Assembly: GCA_964388265.1 (NCBI GenBank)
Contig: CAYLXZ010000004.1
Span: 1 to 40,807, forward strand
Reading direction: 5' to 3'
DNA length: 40,807 nt
Origin: Candidatus Micrarchaeota archaeon
GTDB lineage: Archaea; B1Sed10-29
Below the pieces are notes generated by a model. It searched no databases. It was not told where the DNA came from and saw only the letters and a list, made by a program, of their open reading frames with translations. Below are positions 27,022 to 36,580 of the stretch, in pieces. Both the position numbers and the translations under genes were made by a program. Numbering within the stretch: position 1 is the stretch's first letter; each line of letters starts with the position of its first letter.

Positions 27022-28442
27022 TTTCTTTCCTCTTTCCTCTGCTTACTGAAATGGTTCTTTAGTTTCTTTCCTACCTTGGTAGGGTAATTATTGTTTAGAC
27101 ACCCTAGGCAGAGGTTCTCTTTCTTGAGTTCAAGTCCTTTGACTAGTCCTTCAATACTTTGGTAGGTAAGGGAATCTGCTCCTATCTTTTCTTTGATTTC
27201 CTCTGTTTTTCTTCCTGAGGCTATTAACTCGTTTTCTGTGGGCATGTCTATACCGTAGAAACAAGGATAGCGTATTGGAGGGCAGCCAACGAAGAAGTGA
27301 ACTTCTTCAGCTCCAGCGTCCTTCATTAATTGTATTATTTTCTTCGAGGTGTTTCCTCGGACTATGCTATCATCTACTAGCCCTACTTTCTTATCTTTTA
27401 TCTCTCTAATAATAGGATTGAGCTTCATTTTGATAGAGGTTTTTCTTGAGGTTTGATCTGGCATTATAAAGGTTCTGCCTACGTATCTGTTTTTTATTAA
27501 TCCTTCTCTGTAGGGTTTATCTAGCTCTTCAGCCATTCCTAGGGCAAAGGTTCTAGCTGTTTCAGGTACAGGGAATATAACGTCCAGTTCTCCTTCTTTT
27601 TCTTTCCATTTTCTCGCTAGTTCTCTACCTAGGTTTAACCTGGTTTTGTATACGTCTTTATTTTCGATGGAGGCGTCTGCACGGGCGAAGTAGACCCATT
27701 CGAACATACAGTTATTTCTTTCTTCTGTTCGAATTTGTTTAGATGTCTTATTTTTCTGTTTATCTATTATTATTGCTTTTCCAGGGGTTACATCAGTTAC
27801 GTTATTGTATCCTAAAATATCTAGCGCTACGTTTTCAGATGCTACTCCATAGCTTTCTTCTTTTAGGGTTCTTTTTTTACCTATAACAAGAGGTTTTATC
27901 CCTTTTGGGTCTCTGAATATAACTAATCCGACTTTAGGTATTAGAGCGATCACTGAGTAGCTTCCATTAAGTTTATCCATTGTTCTTCCAATGGATCTAA
28001 ATATTGATTCCTTATCTATCTTTTTCTCTTTCTCTAGTTCTCTTGAGAATACTTCTAGAATCAATTCAAGATCGCAGCGAGATTCTAAATCTAGATCCAG
28101 CTCTTTCTTTAATTGACCATAGTTAACTATGTTCCCGTTATGGACCATTCCTATATCTGTTGGTTCAGATGTTATGAAGGGTTGGGCATCTCTTTCTGTG
28201 TTTGAACCGATTGTAGGATACCTTACGTGCCCTATGCCCATTTTTCCTTTTAATTTCTTTAAATCTCCTTCTTTAAATGCGTCTCCCACTAGTCCTGGTT
28301 CCTTGTGTAGGTATGTTCCTTTTTCTCGGGAGTAGGTGTATGCTCCGGCTGAATCTTGTCCTCTATGCTGTATGGAGAACAGTCCATTGTATATATCTGA
28401 CGAGACATCTTCCTTTCCGATTACTCCGATTACTCCACACAT
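27018..28442 (-). CDS. purF: Amidophosphoribosyltransferase
   Basis: N-terminal MCGVIG (Ntn Cys), QHRGQDSAG, GHVRYPT, HNGN, CMFEWVYFAR, VDDSIVRGNTS, PCFYGIDM, CLGC. Confidence 0.96.
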   Translation of the reverse strand: MCGVIGVIGKEDVSSDIYNGLFSIQHRGQDSAGAYTYSREKGTYLHKEPGLVGDAFKEGDLKKLKGKMGIGHVRYPTIGSNTERDAQPFITSEPTDIGMVHNGNIVNYGQLKKELDLDLESRCDLELILEVFSRELEKEKKIDKESIFRSIGRTMDKLNGSYSVIALIPKVGLVIFRDPKGIKPLVIGKKRTLKEESYGVASENVALDILGYNNVTDVTPGKAIIIDKQKNKTSKQIRTEERNNCMFEWVYFARADASIENKDVYKTRLNLGRELARKWKEKEGELDVIFPVPETARTFALGMAEELDKPYREGLIKNRYVGRTFIMPDQTSRKTSIKMKLNPIIREIKDKKVGLVDDSIVRGNTSKKIIQLMKDAGAEEVHFFVGCPPIRYPCFYGIDMPTENELIASGRKTEEIKEKIGADSLTYQSIEGLVKGLELKKENLCLGCLNNNYPTKVGKKLKNHFSKQRKEERN

Positions 28443-28464
28443 GTTTCTCCTTATTTGTTTTTTA

Positions 28465-29469
28465 TTACTGGGTCTTAATTTTCTTTTCTTTGATTTTGAA
28501 CTCTGTGTCTGTGATCTTCTCTGTGACTTCTATATTTGTCTGGATATGATCAGTTATTTCTCGTGTTTTTATCACTGATTTCCCTGGTGCATAAGCCATG
28601 TAAGGTATCAATTGATCGGCTAAATGGACATCAACTGTCCCATCATTTCTTAGTTCTTTTACTAGGTTCTTGGAGACTTTTTTTCCTATTTTTTCGCTTC
28701 TCTTTCCTTTTTCTCCAAGTGCATCTGCTCCTATTATGGTTTTCTCTGTCTCTGCTTTTAGTATTATTCCGGATCCCGGTGAATCTGAATCCACGTACTT
28801 TTTCTCTATATCTGGATCTATATCTAATTGTTTCTTTATCTCTCTGGCTGCGGATTCCGCCTGTCTCTCTGCTACGTTGGAGTTCTCCAGGTGTTTTGTG
28901 GCTTTTGACACTCCTGTTATCTTCTTTATATCTCCTTTCTCTTCTAGATATAGGTTCTTTAAATTTGCTTTCTGAGCTTCTGCTTTTACTCTTGCTCCTC
29001 CCTTTGGGTAGAAACCTTCCTTCTCTACATTTATATCTCCTTTGTATCCGTATCTATTGATTAGGGGGAGGAAGACTAGTTTGAGGTAGTCTGTTGGAGG
29101 TGCCCATTTACCGTAAGTTCCTCCACCATTGATCTTTATCTTTATATGTCTTTTCATAGCTAGTGGAAACATCTGCTGTAGTATAAGACCTACTGATCCT
29201 GCTGTCTCAACTTTTACCTCTATTTCTTTGTTTATTCTTCTCCCTGGCTTGAACTTGATTTCCCTTGAGTTTTTTGAATCTCCTTCTATTTCTCCATTGC
29301 AGGCTCTGGTTATTGCTCTCAATCCTTTCAGATGCTGTTCCTTCAGACCTGGGTTGGGTCTTGATCTTCTGATATTCTTTACTTTTATATCTTTGTTTTC
29401 TAGGGCTGCTAGACTAGTTGCTGTTCTTAGAATCTGTCCTCCGCCTTTCCCACCGTCTATCTTTATCAT
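28465..29469 (-). CDS. rtcA: RNA 3'-terminal phosphate cyclase
   Basis: GGGQILRT, RPNPGLKEQH, AGSVGL, GGT, GFYPKGG, DVHLADQL, TDHIQTN. Confidence 0.96.
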   Translation of the reverse strand: MIKIDGGKGGGQILRTATSLAALENKDIKVKNIRRSRPNPGLKEQHLKGLRAITRACNGEIEGDSKNSREIKFKPGRRINKEIEVKVETAGSVGLILQQMFPLAMKRHIKIKINGGGTYGKWAPPTDYLKLVFLPLINRYGYKGDINVEKEGFYPKGGARVKAEAQKANLKNLYLEEKGDIKKITGVSKATKHLENSNVAERQAESAAREIKKQLDIDPDIEKKYVDSDSPGSGIILKAETEKTIIGADALGEKGKRSEKIGKKVSKNLVKELRNDGTVDVHLADQLIPYMAYAPGKSVIKTREITDHIQTNIEVTEKITDTEFKIKEKKIKTQ

Positions 29470-30741
29470 CTATATCCCTAGGTACTGTACCATTGAGAAG
29501 AAGGTAACTAGCATCAGGGCTGCTGAGATAGTTACTTGGACCCAGGTTGACCTGATTATCTCTCTGGAGTCCCCTACTATTAGTATAATGTAGTCTCCTA
29601 TGTAGCTTCCGGCTGCCGCCATTATTATTCCAAGAACAAAGGTTGGAAGAGCTATTGCTCCCCCTAGGGAGAGAGATATTAAGGAAAGAGTCATTGAGGT
29701 GCTTGTTACCGTGCCTGCTATGAACGCTGTAACTATAACTAACTCAGGAGTTATTTCTTGAGCTATTTCTACGATCATTATCAGGACTAAGATCGCTAGA
29801 CCATATTTAGCTGCTTTCTTTATATGGAAAGAGGATTCTATATCCATTTCTCCTTTTCCTTCTGATTTAACGTGTTTATAATAGGCCCAGGTAACCAAGG
29901 GAATTATCCCTGCTATTAGAGCTGGTATTAAGTACTTTGCTGAATCAGGGTTGAATGCTGAAGCTACTCCTAAGGTCTTTATAAGAAGAGCTCCGGTCAT
30001 TAGGAGGAACCCTGAGACTATGGTTGGTTTGAGTTTCTTGTTGTTCTTGAAGTGGGTTGCTAGAGAAGCAGTTGTTCCGGATGAGGAGATTAAGCCACCG
30101 AAGAAGCTTATCAAGGGCACTTCGTATCTTGTTTTCAGGTAACGGCTTCCTAGGAAGGAGGCGAAGTTTATTAGTGAGATCATTACTATTAGGCCCCATA
30201 CTGTTTGAAGAGGTAGGGTGATTCCCATTACTTTAATTGGCTCTGGTGGTAGCAATGGATATATTATTCCTAGTACTACTGTGAATTCAAGCAGATCAGT
30301 TACTTCTTTCTCGCTTAACTGATCCACTATTTTATGCATTCTTTCTCTGGAGTATAGTACTATGGCTATGACTACGCTTAGGAACACTGACTCGAGGAAT
30401 AATCCGTATCCTGCTGATGCTCCGAGTAGGTACGCGAGTATTATAGCTATGTTGGTTGTGAATCCAGGTGATTCAAGTTCCTTTATTGCTTCGAAGTATA
30501 GGAGTAGGCTGAATGCTGATACTGCTATCAGCCCTACTAGGATTATGTAGGGGTTTTTGAGGATGTCTTGGGCGAATATTGATGCTATTCCTCCTAGTAG
30601 AGATATCAGTGAGAAGGTTCTTATTCCCACTACTTCTTGGTGTTTTGTGTATTCTCTTTCTAGACCTAGGAGTGCTCCTATGAGGAGCGATAACAGTACT
30701 TTTTTCAGGAATACGTTCGTTATCTGGGTTTCTAGAACCAT
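29470..30741 (-). CDS. MgtC/SapB family membrane protein with DUF4010-like C-terminal region
   Basis: GALLGLERE, GIRTFSL, GFTT, IYPLLP, GGLISSSGTT; many TMs. Confidence 0.88.
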   Translation of the reverse strand: MVLETQITNVFLKKVLLSLLIGALLGLEREYTKHQEVVGIRTFSLISLLGGIASIFAQDILKNPYIILVGLIAVSAFSLLLYFEAIKELESPGFTTNIAIILAYLLGASAGYGLFLESVFLSVVIAIVLYSRERMHKIVDQLSEKEVTDLLEFTVVLGIIYPLLPPEPIKVMGITLPLQTVWGLIVMISLINFASFLGSRYLKTRYEVPLISFFGGLISSSGTTASLATHFKNNKKLKPTIVSGFLLMTGALLIKTLGVASAFNPDSAKYLIPALIAGIIPLVTWAYYKHVKSEGKGEMDIESSFHIKKAAKYGLAILVLIMIVEIAQEITPELVIVTAFIAGTVTSTSMTLSLISLSLGGAIALPTFVLGIIMAAAGSYIGDYIILIVGDSREIIRSTWVQVTISAALMLVTFFSMVQYLGI

Positions 30742-30749
30742 AGCATCGG

Positions 30750-31499
30750 TTATTTAGCGTTTTTTATCGCTTTAGCTATTTTACCTATTTTTTTCTCTAT
30801 GTTTTCACTTTCTTCCGCCACTGTTCCTGTGACTATTATGTCTGCTCCTGCCATTACTTTTTCTTTTGCTGTTTTGGCGTCTCTTATTCCTCCTCCGACT
30901 ATTGTTTTTATGTCTGTGGATTTGTCTACAGCGGCGATTGTTTTGTTTGGAACTGGTTCTTCTGCTCCTGATCCTCCTTCTAGGTATACTACTTCCATTC
31001 CCATGTATTGGGCTGCTAGGCTGAATGCAGCGGTTATTTTGTGTTTTTCTCTTGGTATGACGTTTGCGTCTCCGTAGAACTCTACGCTTGTTTTGTTGCT
31101 GGATTCTAGGATGATGTATCCCATTGGTATTGGCTCGAGCCCCATTTTTTTTACTGAGAAGGATCCGAATGCTTGTGCCATTGAGAGCCAGTATCTGGAT
31201 CTGGAGTTCAGCATTGTCATGAAGAATATTGCGTCTGCGTGTGGTGTTATGCTGGATATGTTACCTGGGAATATGATTATTGGTAGGTCTGTTGATTTTT
31301 CTATTGCTTTTCCGCATTTGTCTGTGGATTCTTGATCTACTCCTGATCCTCCTATCATTATTCCGTCGGTTCCTGCTCTTTCTGCTTTTTCCACCATTTC
31401 TTTTGCTTCTTCTGGGCTTTGTTCGTCTGGGTCTATTAGTGTTAGGTGGCATGCTCCTTCTTCGTCTATCTTATTCATTAATTCTTCCTTGACTTTCAT
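30750..31499 (-). CDS. Geranylgeranylglyceryl phosphate synthase
   Basis: HLTLIDPD, IMIGGS, IIFPG, YLEGGSGA, IVGGGIRD, ADIIVTGT. Confidence 0.95.
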   Translation of the reverse strand: MKVKEELMNKIDEEGACHLTLIDPDEQSPEEAKEMVEKAERAGTDGIMIGGSGVDQESTDKCGKAIEKSTDLPIIIFPGNISSITPHADAIFFMTMLNSRSRYWLSMAQAFGSFSVKKMGLEPIPMGYIILESSNKTSVEFYGDANVIPREKHKITAAFSLAAQYMGMEVVYLEGGSGAEEPVPNKTIAAVDKSTDIKTIVGGGIRDAKTAKEKVMAGADIIVTGTVAEESENIEKKIGKIAKAIKNAK

Positions 31500-32515
31500 T
31501 TTATCACCTCTGTGTTTTTTAATGCGTTTTCAGCGATATCTTCATCTACATCTATATGTTCTAGTATTGTATATCTCTGGGGCTTTATTTCTTTTGCTTT
31601 GGCCATTGCTTTTACCGCGGTTTCATCTTTGATTCCAAGCTCTTCCGCTGTTGTAGGGCAGTCTGCTCTTTCCAGTGCGGTTTTTATGTCTCTCCATGCT
31701 TCTCCTTGCAGGTAACTCATGGCGATTGATCCTACTCCGCATTGTTCTCCGTGTAGCGCTGGCTTGTCCGCTATCTTGTCTAGGGTGTGGCTGAATTTGT
31801 GTTCTGATCCTGATGCTGGTCTTGATGACCCGGCTATCCCCATTGCTGCTCCTGAGGATATTAGTGCTTCCATGAGTGTGCTTATGCCTTCTGGTGTTCT
31901 TTCTTTTATCTCTCGTACTCTGTTCTGTATGAGTTTAGCTACCATTTCGCTGAGTGAGGATGCGTAGTCTCCGTAGTATTCGTTCTTCACTGTGTGGCCT
32001 AGTTTCCAGTCCTTCACTGCAGTGAAGTTGGATAATGTGTCTCCCACGCCTCCTCTAATCAATTCATAAGGACAGTTCTTGATTATGTTGAAGTCCACTA
32101 TCACGCCTTCTGGGGTATGGGTTACTTTTGATTCTCTTGTTCCGTTGTCTTGGAGTGAGGCCATCTGGCTTGCTACTCCGTCGTTCGATGCTGCTGTTGG
32201 AACGGATATGAACTCTACTCCTGACTCGTAGGTAGCTACTTTTGTCACGTCTATTATTTTTCCTCCGCCTACGGCTATTGCTAGGTCTCTATCTATCTCT
32301 TCTAGTTCTTTCTTCACTCTCTCTGCTTCCTGTACCGTGGGTTCTTCCACTATCTTTAAATCGGTTTCTAGTATCTCTGCGGCTTTTTCTCCAGCTACTT
32401 CTCTTGTTGTCGGGCCTGTTACCACGAGCGCGTTCTTTTCTTTATAGTTCTCTAGTTTTTCAAGGGATTTCTTCCCTACGTGGACGTTTCTCGGTAGCTG
32501 TATATGTTTACCCAT
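31496..32515 (-). CDS. egsA: sn-glycerol-1-phosphate dehydrogenase
   Basis: GGGKIIDVTK, SVPTAASNDG, AGSSRPASGSEHKFSH, LHGEQCG, RYTIL. Confidence 0.96.
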   Translation of the reverse strand: MGKHIQLPRNVHVGKKSLEKLENYKEKNALVVTGPTTREVAGEKAAEILETDLKIVEEPTVQEAERVKKELEEIDRDLAIAVGGGKIIDVTKVATYESGVEFISVPTAASNDGVASQMASLQDNGTRESKVTHTPEGVIVDFNIIKNCPYELIRGGVGDTLSNFTAVKDWKLGHTVKNEYYGDYASSLSEMVAKLIQNRVREIKERTPEGISTLMEALISSGAAMGIAGSSRPASGSEHKFSHTLDKIADKPALHGEQCGVGSIAMSYLQGEAWRDIKTALERADCPTTAEELGIKDETAVKAMAKAKEIKPQRYTILEHIDVDEDIAENALKNTEVIK

Positions 32516-32606
32516 TCTTTATCATTCTAGTAAAATTTTCCTTAAACTTGGTTTATGGTTAATTAGTGGATGTCTCCTTAAATAATTATCTATTCAAAGT
32601 ATGAAT

Positions 32607-33182
32607 TTAAAGTCTCGTCCTTTTGAGAGCCTTTTCTACAGCTCCTTTATCTCCAATTCCTCTATGTCCGGGTAGAAGATGCTTGAAATCTAGGTCTTTA
32701 ACTTTCTCTAAACTTTCCCTTAGGTCCTTCATTGAACCTCCTTCAAGATCCACTCTACCGTAAGATCCGTTAGCGAACACTAAATCCCCAGAGATCAATA
32801 TTTCCCCAGGCAGATAGAGTGAACAGGAACCCTTTGAATGACCAGGCGTGTGAATGACCTTGAAGGTTAACTCTTCTTGGATCTCCGTGATTTCTTCTCC
32901 AGTTTTCCTAGATATTTCCTTTGAATCAGGTTTGAACGCTATCTTCTCTGCCTCTGGGAAGTATTTATTTCCTTGGAAGTGATCGTAATGCCCATGAGTA
33001 TTAAAGACCAAGTCAACATCTTCTATACTTAGATCTAGTTCATCTAGAATTTCCTGGAAGTAGATTTTACTCTCAGTACCAGGATCAACCAACATAACCT
33101 CTTCATCCCTGACTATTATTGTATTTGAGTCGAATACAGGTTCTCTTGGCTGAAAGAAATGAATTTTGCCCTTGCTCCACAT
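32607..33182 (-). CDS. Metallo-beta-lactamase-fold hydrolase
   Basis: VDPG, THGHYDH, HTPGHS, SGD, PGH. Confidence 0.92.
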   Translation of the reverse strand: MWSKGKIHFFQPREPVFDSNTIIVRDEEVMLVDPGTESKIYFQEILDELDLSIEDVDLVFNTHGHYDHFQGNKYFPEAEKIAFKPDSKEISRKTGEEITEIQEELTFKVIHTPGHSKGSCSLYLPGEILISGDLVFANGSYGRVDLEGGSMKDLRESLEKVKDLDFKHLLPGHRGIGDKGAVEKALKRTRL

Positions 33183-33255
33183 CTATGTAGCCTCCATCAT
33201 TTCACTTTATTAAGTGAATGAATCATTTTATACTTTGATGAACAAAAGATAAACA

Positions 33256-34575
33256 ATGGTTAACGACGTCTTGAATGATTCTGATGGAATAATCCAGAAG
33301 ATAACACAGGAGTCAGACCTCTCTAAAGAAGAGTTAATGGATAAAATAAACGAGAAGATAGAGGAATACGGTGGGCTACTGACTGAAGCCGGAGCAGCCT
33401 ACTCAATAGCAAAAGAAATGGGAATAGAGAAAGCCAAGGATAAACCAGAAAAGAGCGAGGAAGAAAAAGTCAAGATAAAGGACCTCGAGGAAGGAAAGAG
33501 CAATATAAATCTAGAAGTTAGAGTAAAAAGAGTATACTCTACTAACACATTCACAAGAGATGGAGAAGAAGGAAACGTAACCAACATAGAGATAAAAGAC
33601 GAAACAGGAACCTCGACAGCCGTACTATGGAACAAGAAACCCTTACTAGATCAAATCGACAGAAATACACCAATACTCATATCCAACGGATACGTAAAGG
33701 AAAGGAATGATCAACTAAGAGTAAACGTAGGGAGCTACGGAACAGTAGAGATACTTGAAGAAAGCCAGATTCCTGAAGTGGAAGAGAAAGAAACCATCAT
33801 CACGGAACTAGAGCCAGGGATGGAAGACGTGGACCTATACGCCAGAGTAGAAAGAGTTTTCCCAATGAACACATTCCAGAAAGAAGATGGAGAAGGAAAA
33901 GTAACAAACACAATAATAAAAGATGGAGATGGAAAGACACGTCTAGTGCTATGGGGAGACCACGCCGAAGAAGCCCAGGATTTAGATAAAAACGATTTAA
34001 TCAAGGTAGAAGGCGGATACACAAAAGAGAACAATGATCGAGTCGAGCTACATATGGGATGGAGAGGAAGATTCAAGAAGAACCCAGACACAGATAAAGA
34101 CATACCAGAAGTGAAGACCGAGAGAAAAACCATAGAAGAAATAAAACAAAAAGATAACCCAGGTGAGAAGGACGTAAAAGCAACCATAGTGCAGGTATAC
34201 GACCCAACCATACTAGACATCTGTCCAGAATGCGGAGAAATGGTTCGAGATGGAGAATGCAGAAAACACGGAGAGATAGAAGACCCAGACCATGTCCCGA
34301 TATTGAACGCGGTTCTAGATGACGGTACAGACACCGTGAGATCCACTTTATACAGAGAAAAAGCAGAAGATCTAATGAACACAACTGCAGATGAATTGAA
34401 CGATGGAAAAGACTTCCAGGAAGTGAAGAGAAATCTGCTAGGGGAAGAAAAAATATTCACAGGCACAGTAGAACACAACCAGGATTTTGATAGATACGAA
34501 TTCACAGTTAATTCAGTTCGAGACTTAGATATAAATAAAGAGATAAAGAGAATAAAAGGTGAAAACAATGTCTGA
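33256..34575 (+). CDS. rpa: Replication protein A (multiple OB folds plus zinc finger)
   Basis: N-terminal YGGLLTEAGAA; repeated OB folds (IKDETG..AVLW, IKDGDG..LVLW, LDDGT); CPECG...C..HG. Confidence 0.9.
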   Translation: MVNDVLNDSDGIIQKITQESDLSKEELMDKINEKIEEYGGLLTEAGAAYSIAKEMGIEKAKDKPEKSEEEKVKIKDLEEGKSNINLEVRVKRVYSTNTFTRDGEEGNVTNIEIKDETGTSTAVLWNKKPLLDQIDRNTPILISNGYVKERNDQLRVNVGSYGTVEILEESQIPEVEEKETIITELEPGMEDVDLYARVERVFPMNTFQKEDGEGKVTNTIIKDGDGKTRLVLWGDHAEEAQDLDKNDLIKVEGGYTKENNDRVELHMGWRGRFKKNPDTDKDIPEVKTERKTIEEIKQKDNPGEKDVKATIVQVYDPTILDICPECGEMVRDGECRKHGEIEDPDHVPILNAVLDDGTDTVRSTLYREKAEDLMNTTADELNDGKDFQEVKRNLLGEEKIFTGTVEHNQDFDRYEFTVNSVRDLDINKEIKRIKGENNV

Positions 34576-35512
34576 TGTAGAAGATCTAGAGGACCTACCA
34601 GGAGTAGGCGAAGCAACAGCAGAAAAACTACGAGAAGCAGGGTATAACACCCTAGAATCCATAGCCGTAGCATCAAACTCCGAGCTAATGGAAAAAGGAG
34701 ATGTAGGAAAGAAAACATCCCGCAAGATAATAAAAGCAGCTAGAGACTCACTTGAAATGGGATATGAAACCGCGAGCGAAATAATGGAAGAAAGAGAAGA
34801 AGTTAGACACATAACCACCAGCTCAGAAGAACTAAACGAATTACTAGGAGGAGGAATAGAAACTCAAGCAATAACAGAAGCCTACGGAAGCAACGCAAGT
34901 GGAAAAACCCAGTTATCACTACAACTAGCAGTAAACGTACAGAGACCCGAAGAAGAAGGAGGACTAGACCGAGGATGCCTATTCATAGATAACGAAAAAA
35001 CATTCAGACCAGAAAGAGTAAGACAGATAGCCGAAGACAATGACATGGACCCAGAAGAAGTACTCGACAACATACACGTAGCACAAGCCTATTCATCCGA
35101 CCACCAGATGCTCCTAGTGGAAGAAGCAGGAGAAATAATCGAAGAAGAAGACATAGGTCTAATCGTAGTGGACTCCCTAACAGGTCGATTCAGATCCGAA
35201 TACGCAGGAAGAGGATCACTAGCAGACAGACAACAAAAACTAAACAAACACCTGCATAAAATCCAGAAATGGACAGATCTACACAACATGGCAGCACTAG
35301 TAACAAACCAAGTGATGAGTAACCCAGGAATGATGTTCGGAGACCCAACCACACCAATAGGAGGAAATATAGTAGGGCACCAATCCACAGTGAGAATCTA
35401 CCTAAGACAAGGAAAGAAAGACAAGAGGATAGCAAGGCTCGTTGACTCTCCATCACAGCCAGAGGGAGAAGCAGTATTCAAGATAACCAAAGGAGGAATA
35501 GAGGACTCCTAG
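34568..35512 (+). CDS. radA: DNA repair and recombination protein RadA (no intein)
   Basis: HhH LPGVGEATAEKL, LLGGGIET, GSNASGKTQ, FRPER, VVDSL, GRGSLADRQQKLNKH, TNQV, ARLVDSP. ATG after GGTGA. Confidence 0.97.
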   Translation: MSDVEDLEDLPGVGEATAEKLREAGYNTLESIAVASNSELMEKGDVGKKTSRKIIKAARDSLEMGYETASEIMEEREEVRHITTSSEELNELLGGGIETQAITEAYGSNASGKTQLSLQLAVNVQRPEEEGGLDRGCLFIDNEKTFRPERVRQIAEDNDMDPEEVLDNIHVAQAYSSDHQMLLVEEAGEIIEEEDIGLIVVDSLTGRFRSEYAGRGSLADRQQKLNKHLHKIQKWTDLHNMAALVTNQVMSNPGMMFGDPTTPIGGNIVGHQSTVRIYLRQGKKDKRIARLVDSPSQPEGEAVFKITKGGIEDS

Positions 35513-35520
35513 AAACCAGA

Positions 35521-35542
35521 TGTTTTCCAGTTTTCCTTTTCC
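35521..35542 (+). terminator. Pyrimidine/oligo-T terminator candidate after radA
   Basis: TGTTTTCCAGTTTTCCTTTTCC directly after the stop codon. Confidence 0.5.
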
Positions 35543-35564
35543 ATCTCTACCTCAACCCCTTGTT

Positions 35565-35588
35565 TTATAAATCTATAAATTTATAAGT
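35565..35588 (+). promoter_or_regulatory. TATA region with a triple 8-bp direct repeat that is also palindromic (candidate operator)
   Basis: TTATAAAT-CTATAAAT-TTATAAGT; also the perfect inverted repeat TTATAAAT-N6-ATTTATAA; ends 5 bp before the ATG at 35594. Confidence 0.55.
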
Positions 35589-35593
35589 TATGT

Positions 35594-35719
35594 ATGAAAT
35601 GCATACAAGTAACAAATGAAGTCTGGAAAGAACTCAAAAAAAGAAAAATAGAACAAGGAGAAAACAGAATAACAGACGTAATCGAAAAACTCATAGAAAA
35701 AGAAAAACAAGAAAACTAG
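35594..35719 (+). CDS. 41-aa ribbon-helix-helix-like protein (not in ORF track)
   Basis: MKCIQVTNEVWKELKKRKIEQGENRITDVIEKLIEKEKQEN: alternating strand, helix, G turn, DVIEKLI helix. Its stop abuts the glutaredoxin RBS. Confidence 0.75.
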   Translation: MKCIQVTNEVWKELKKRKIEQGENRITDVIEKLIEKEKQEN

Positions 35720-35731
35720 GAGGTGAACCAA

Positions 35732-36156
<425 letters not shown>

Positions 36157-36157
36157 C

Positions 36158-36571
36158 ATGGGCAGACACGAAAGATTCTCCCATCCATCCGAAGAAGGAG
36201 TAAGAGGATACGGAGAAACCCAAGCCAAAGCATTCGAAGAAGCAGCCAAAGCACTCGAATCAATAATGACAGACCTAAGCAAAATAGAAAAAAAAGAAAC
36301 ACGGAAAATAAAACTAGAAAACCCAGATAAAGAACAACTACTCGTTAAATGGCTGAACGAACTACTATACTTATTTGACACGGAAGGATTAGTGTTTAAA
36401 GAATTCAAGGTAGATATAAAAAACGGTGAATTAACTGCAGAAGCCAAAGGAGAACCCTATGACCAGGAAAAACACGGAGCAGGAACCGTTATAAAAGCAG
36501 CAACCTACAACGAATTAAAAGTACAGAAAGAAAATAAAGAATGGATAGCCCAATGCATAGTCGACGTATAG
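36158..36571 (+). CDS. Archease
   Basis: AFEEAAKAL, LLVKWLNELLY, IKAATY, C-terminal VDV; directly upstream of rtcB. Confidence 0.93.
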   Translation: MGRHERFSHPSEEGVRGYGETQAKAFEEAAKALESIMTDLSKIEKKETRKIKLENPDKEQLLVKWLNELLYLFDTEGLVFKEFKVDIKNGELTAEAKGEPYDQEKHGAGTVIKAATYNELKVQKENKEWIAQCIVDV

Positions 36572-36580
36572 GTGATAAAA

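Noticed and set aside
33735..34718. 327-aa minus-strand ORF
   Set aside because: Antisense to rpa/radA; the biased sense-strand codon usage leaves few stops on the opposite strand.
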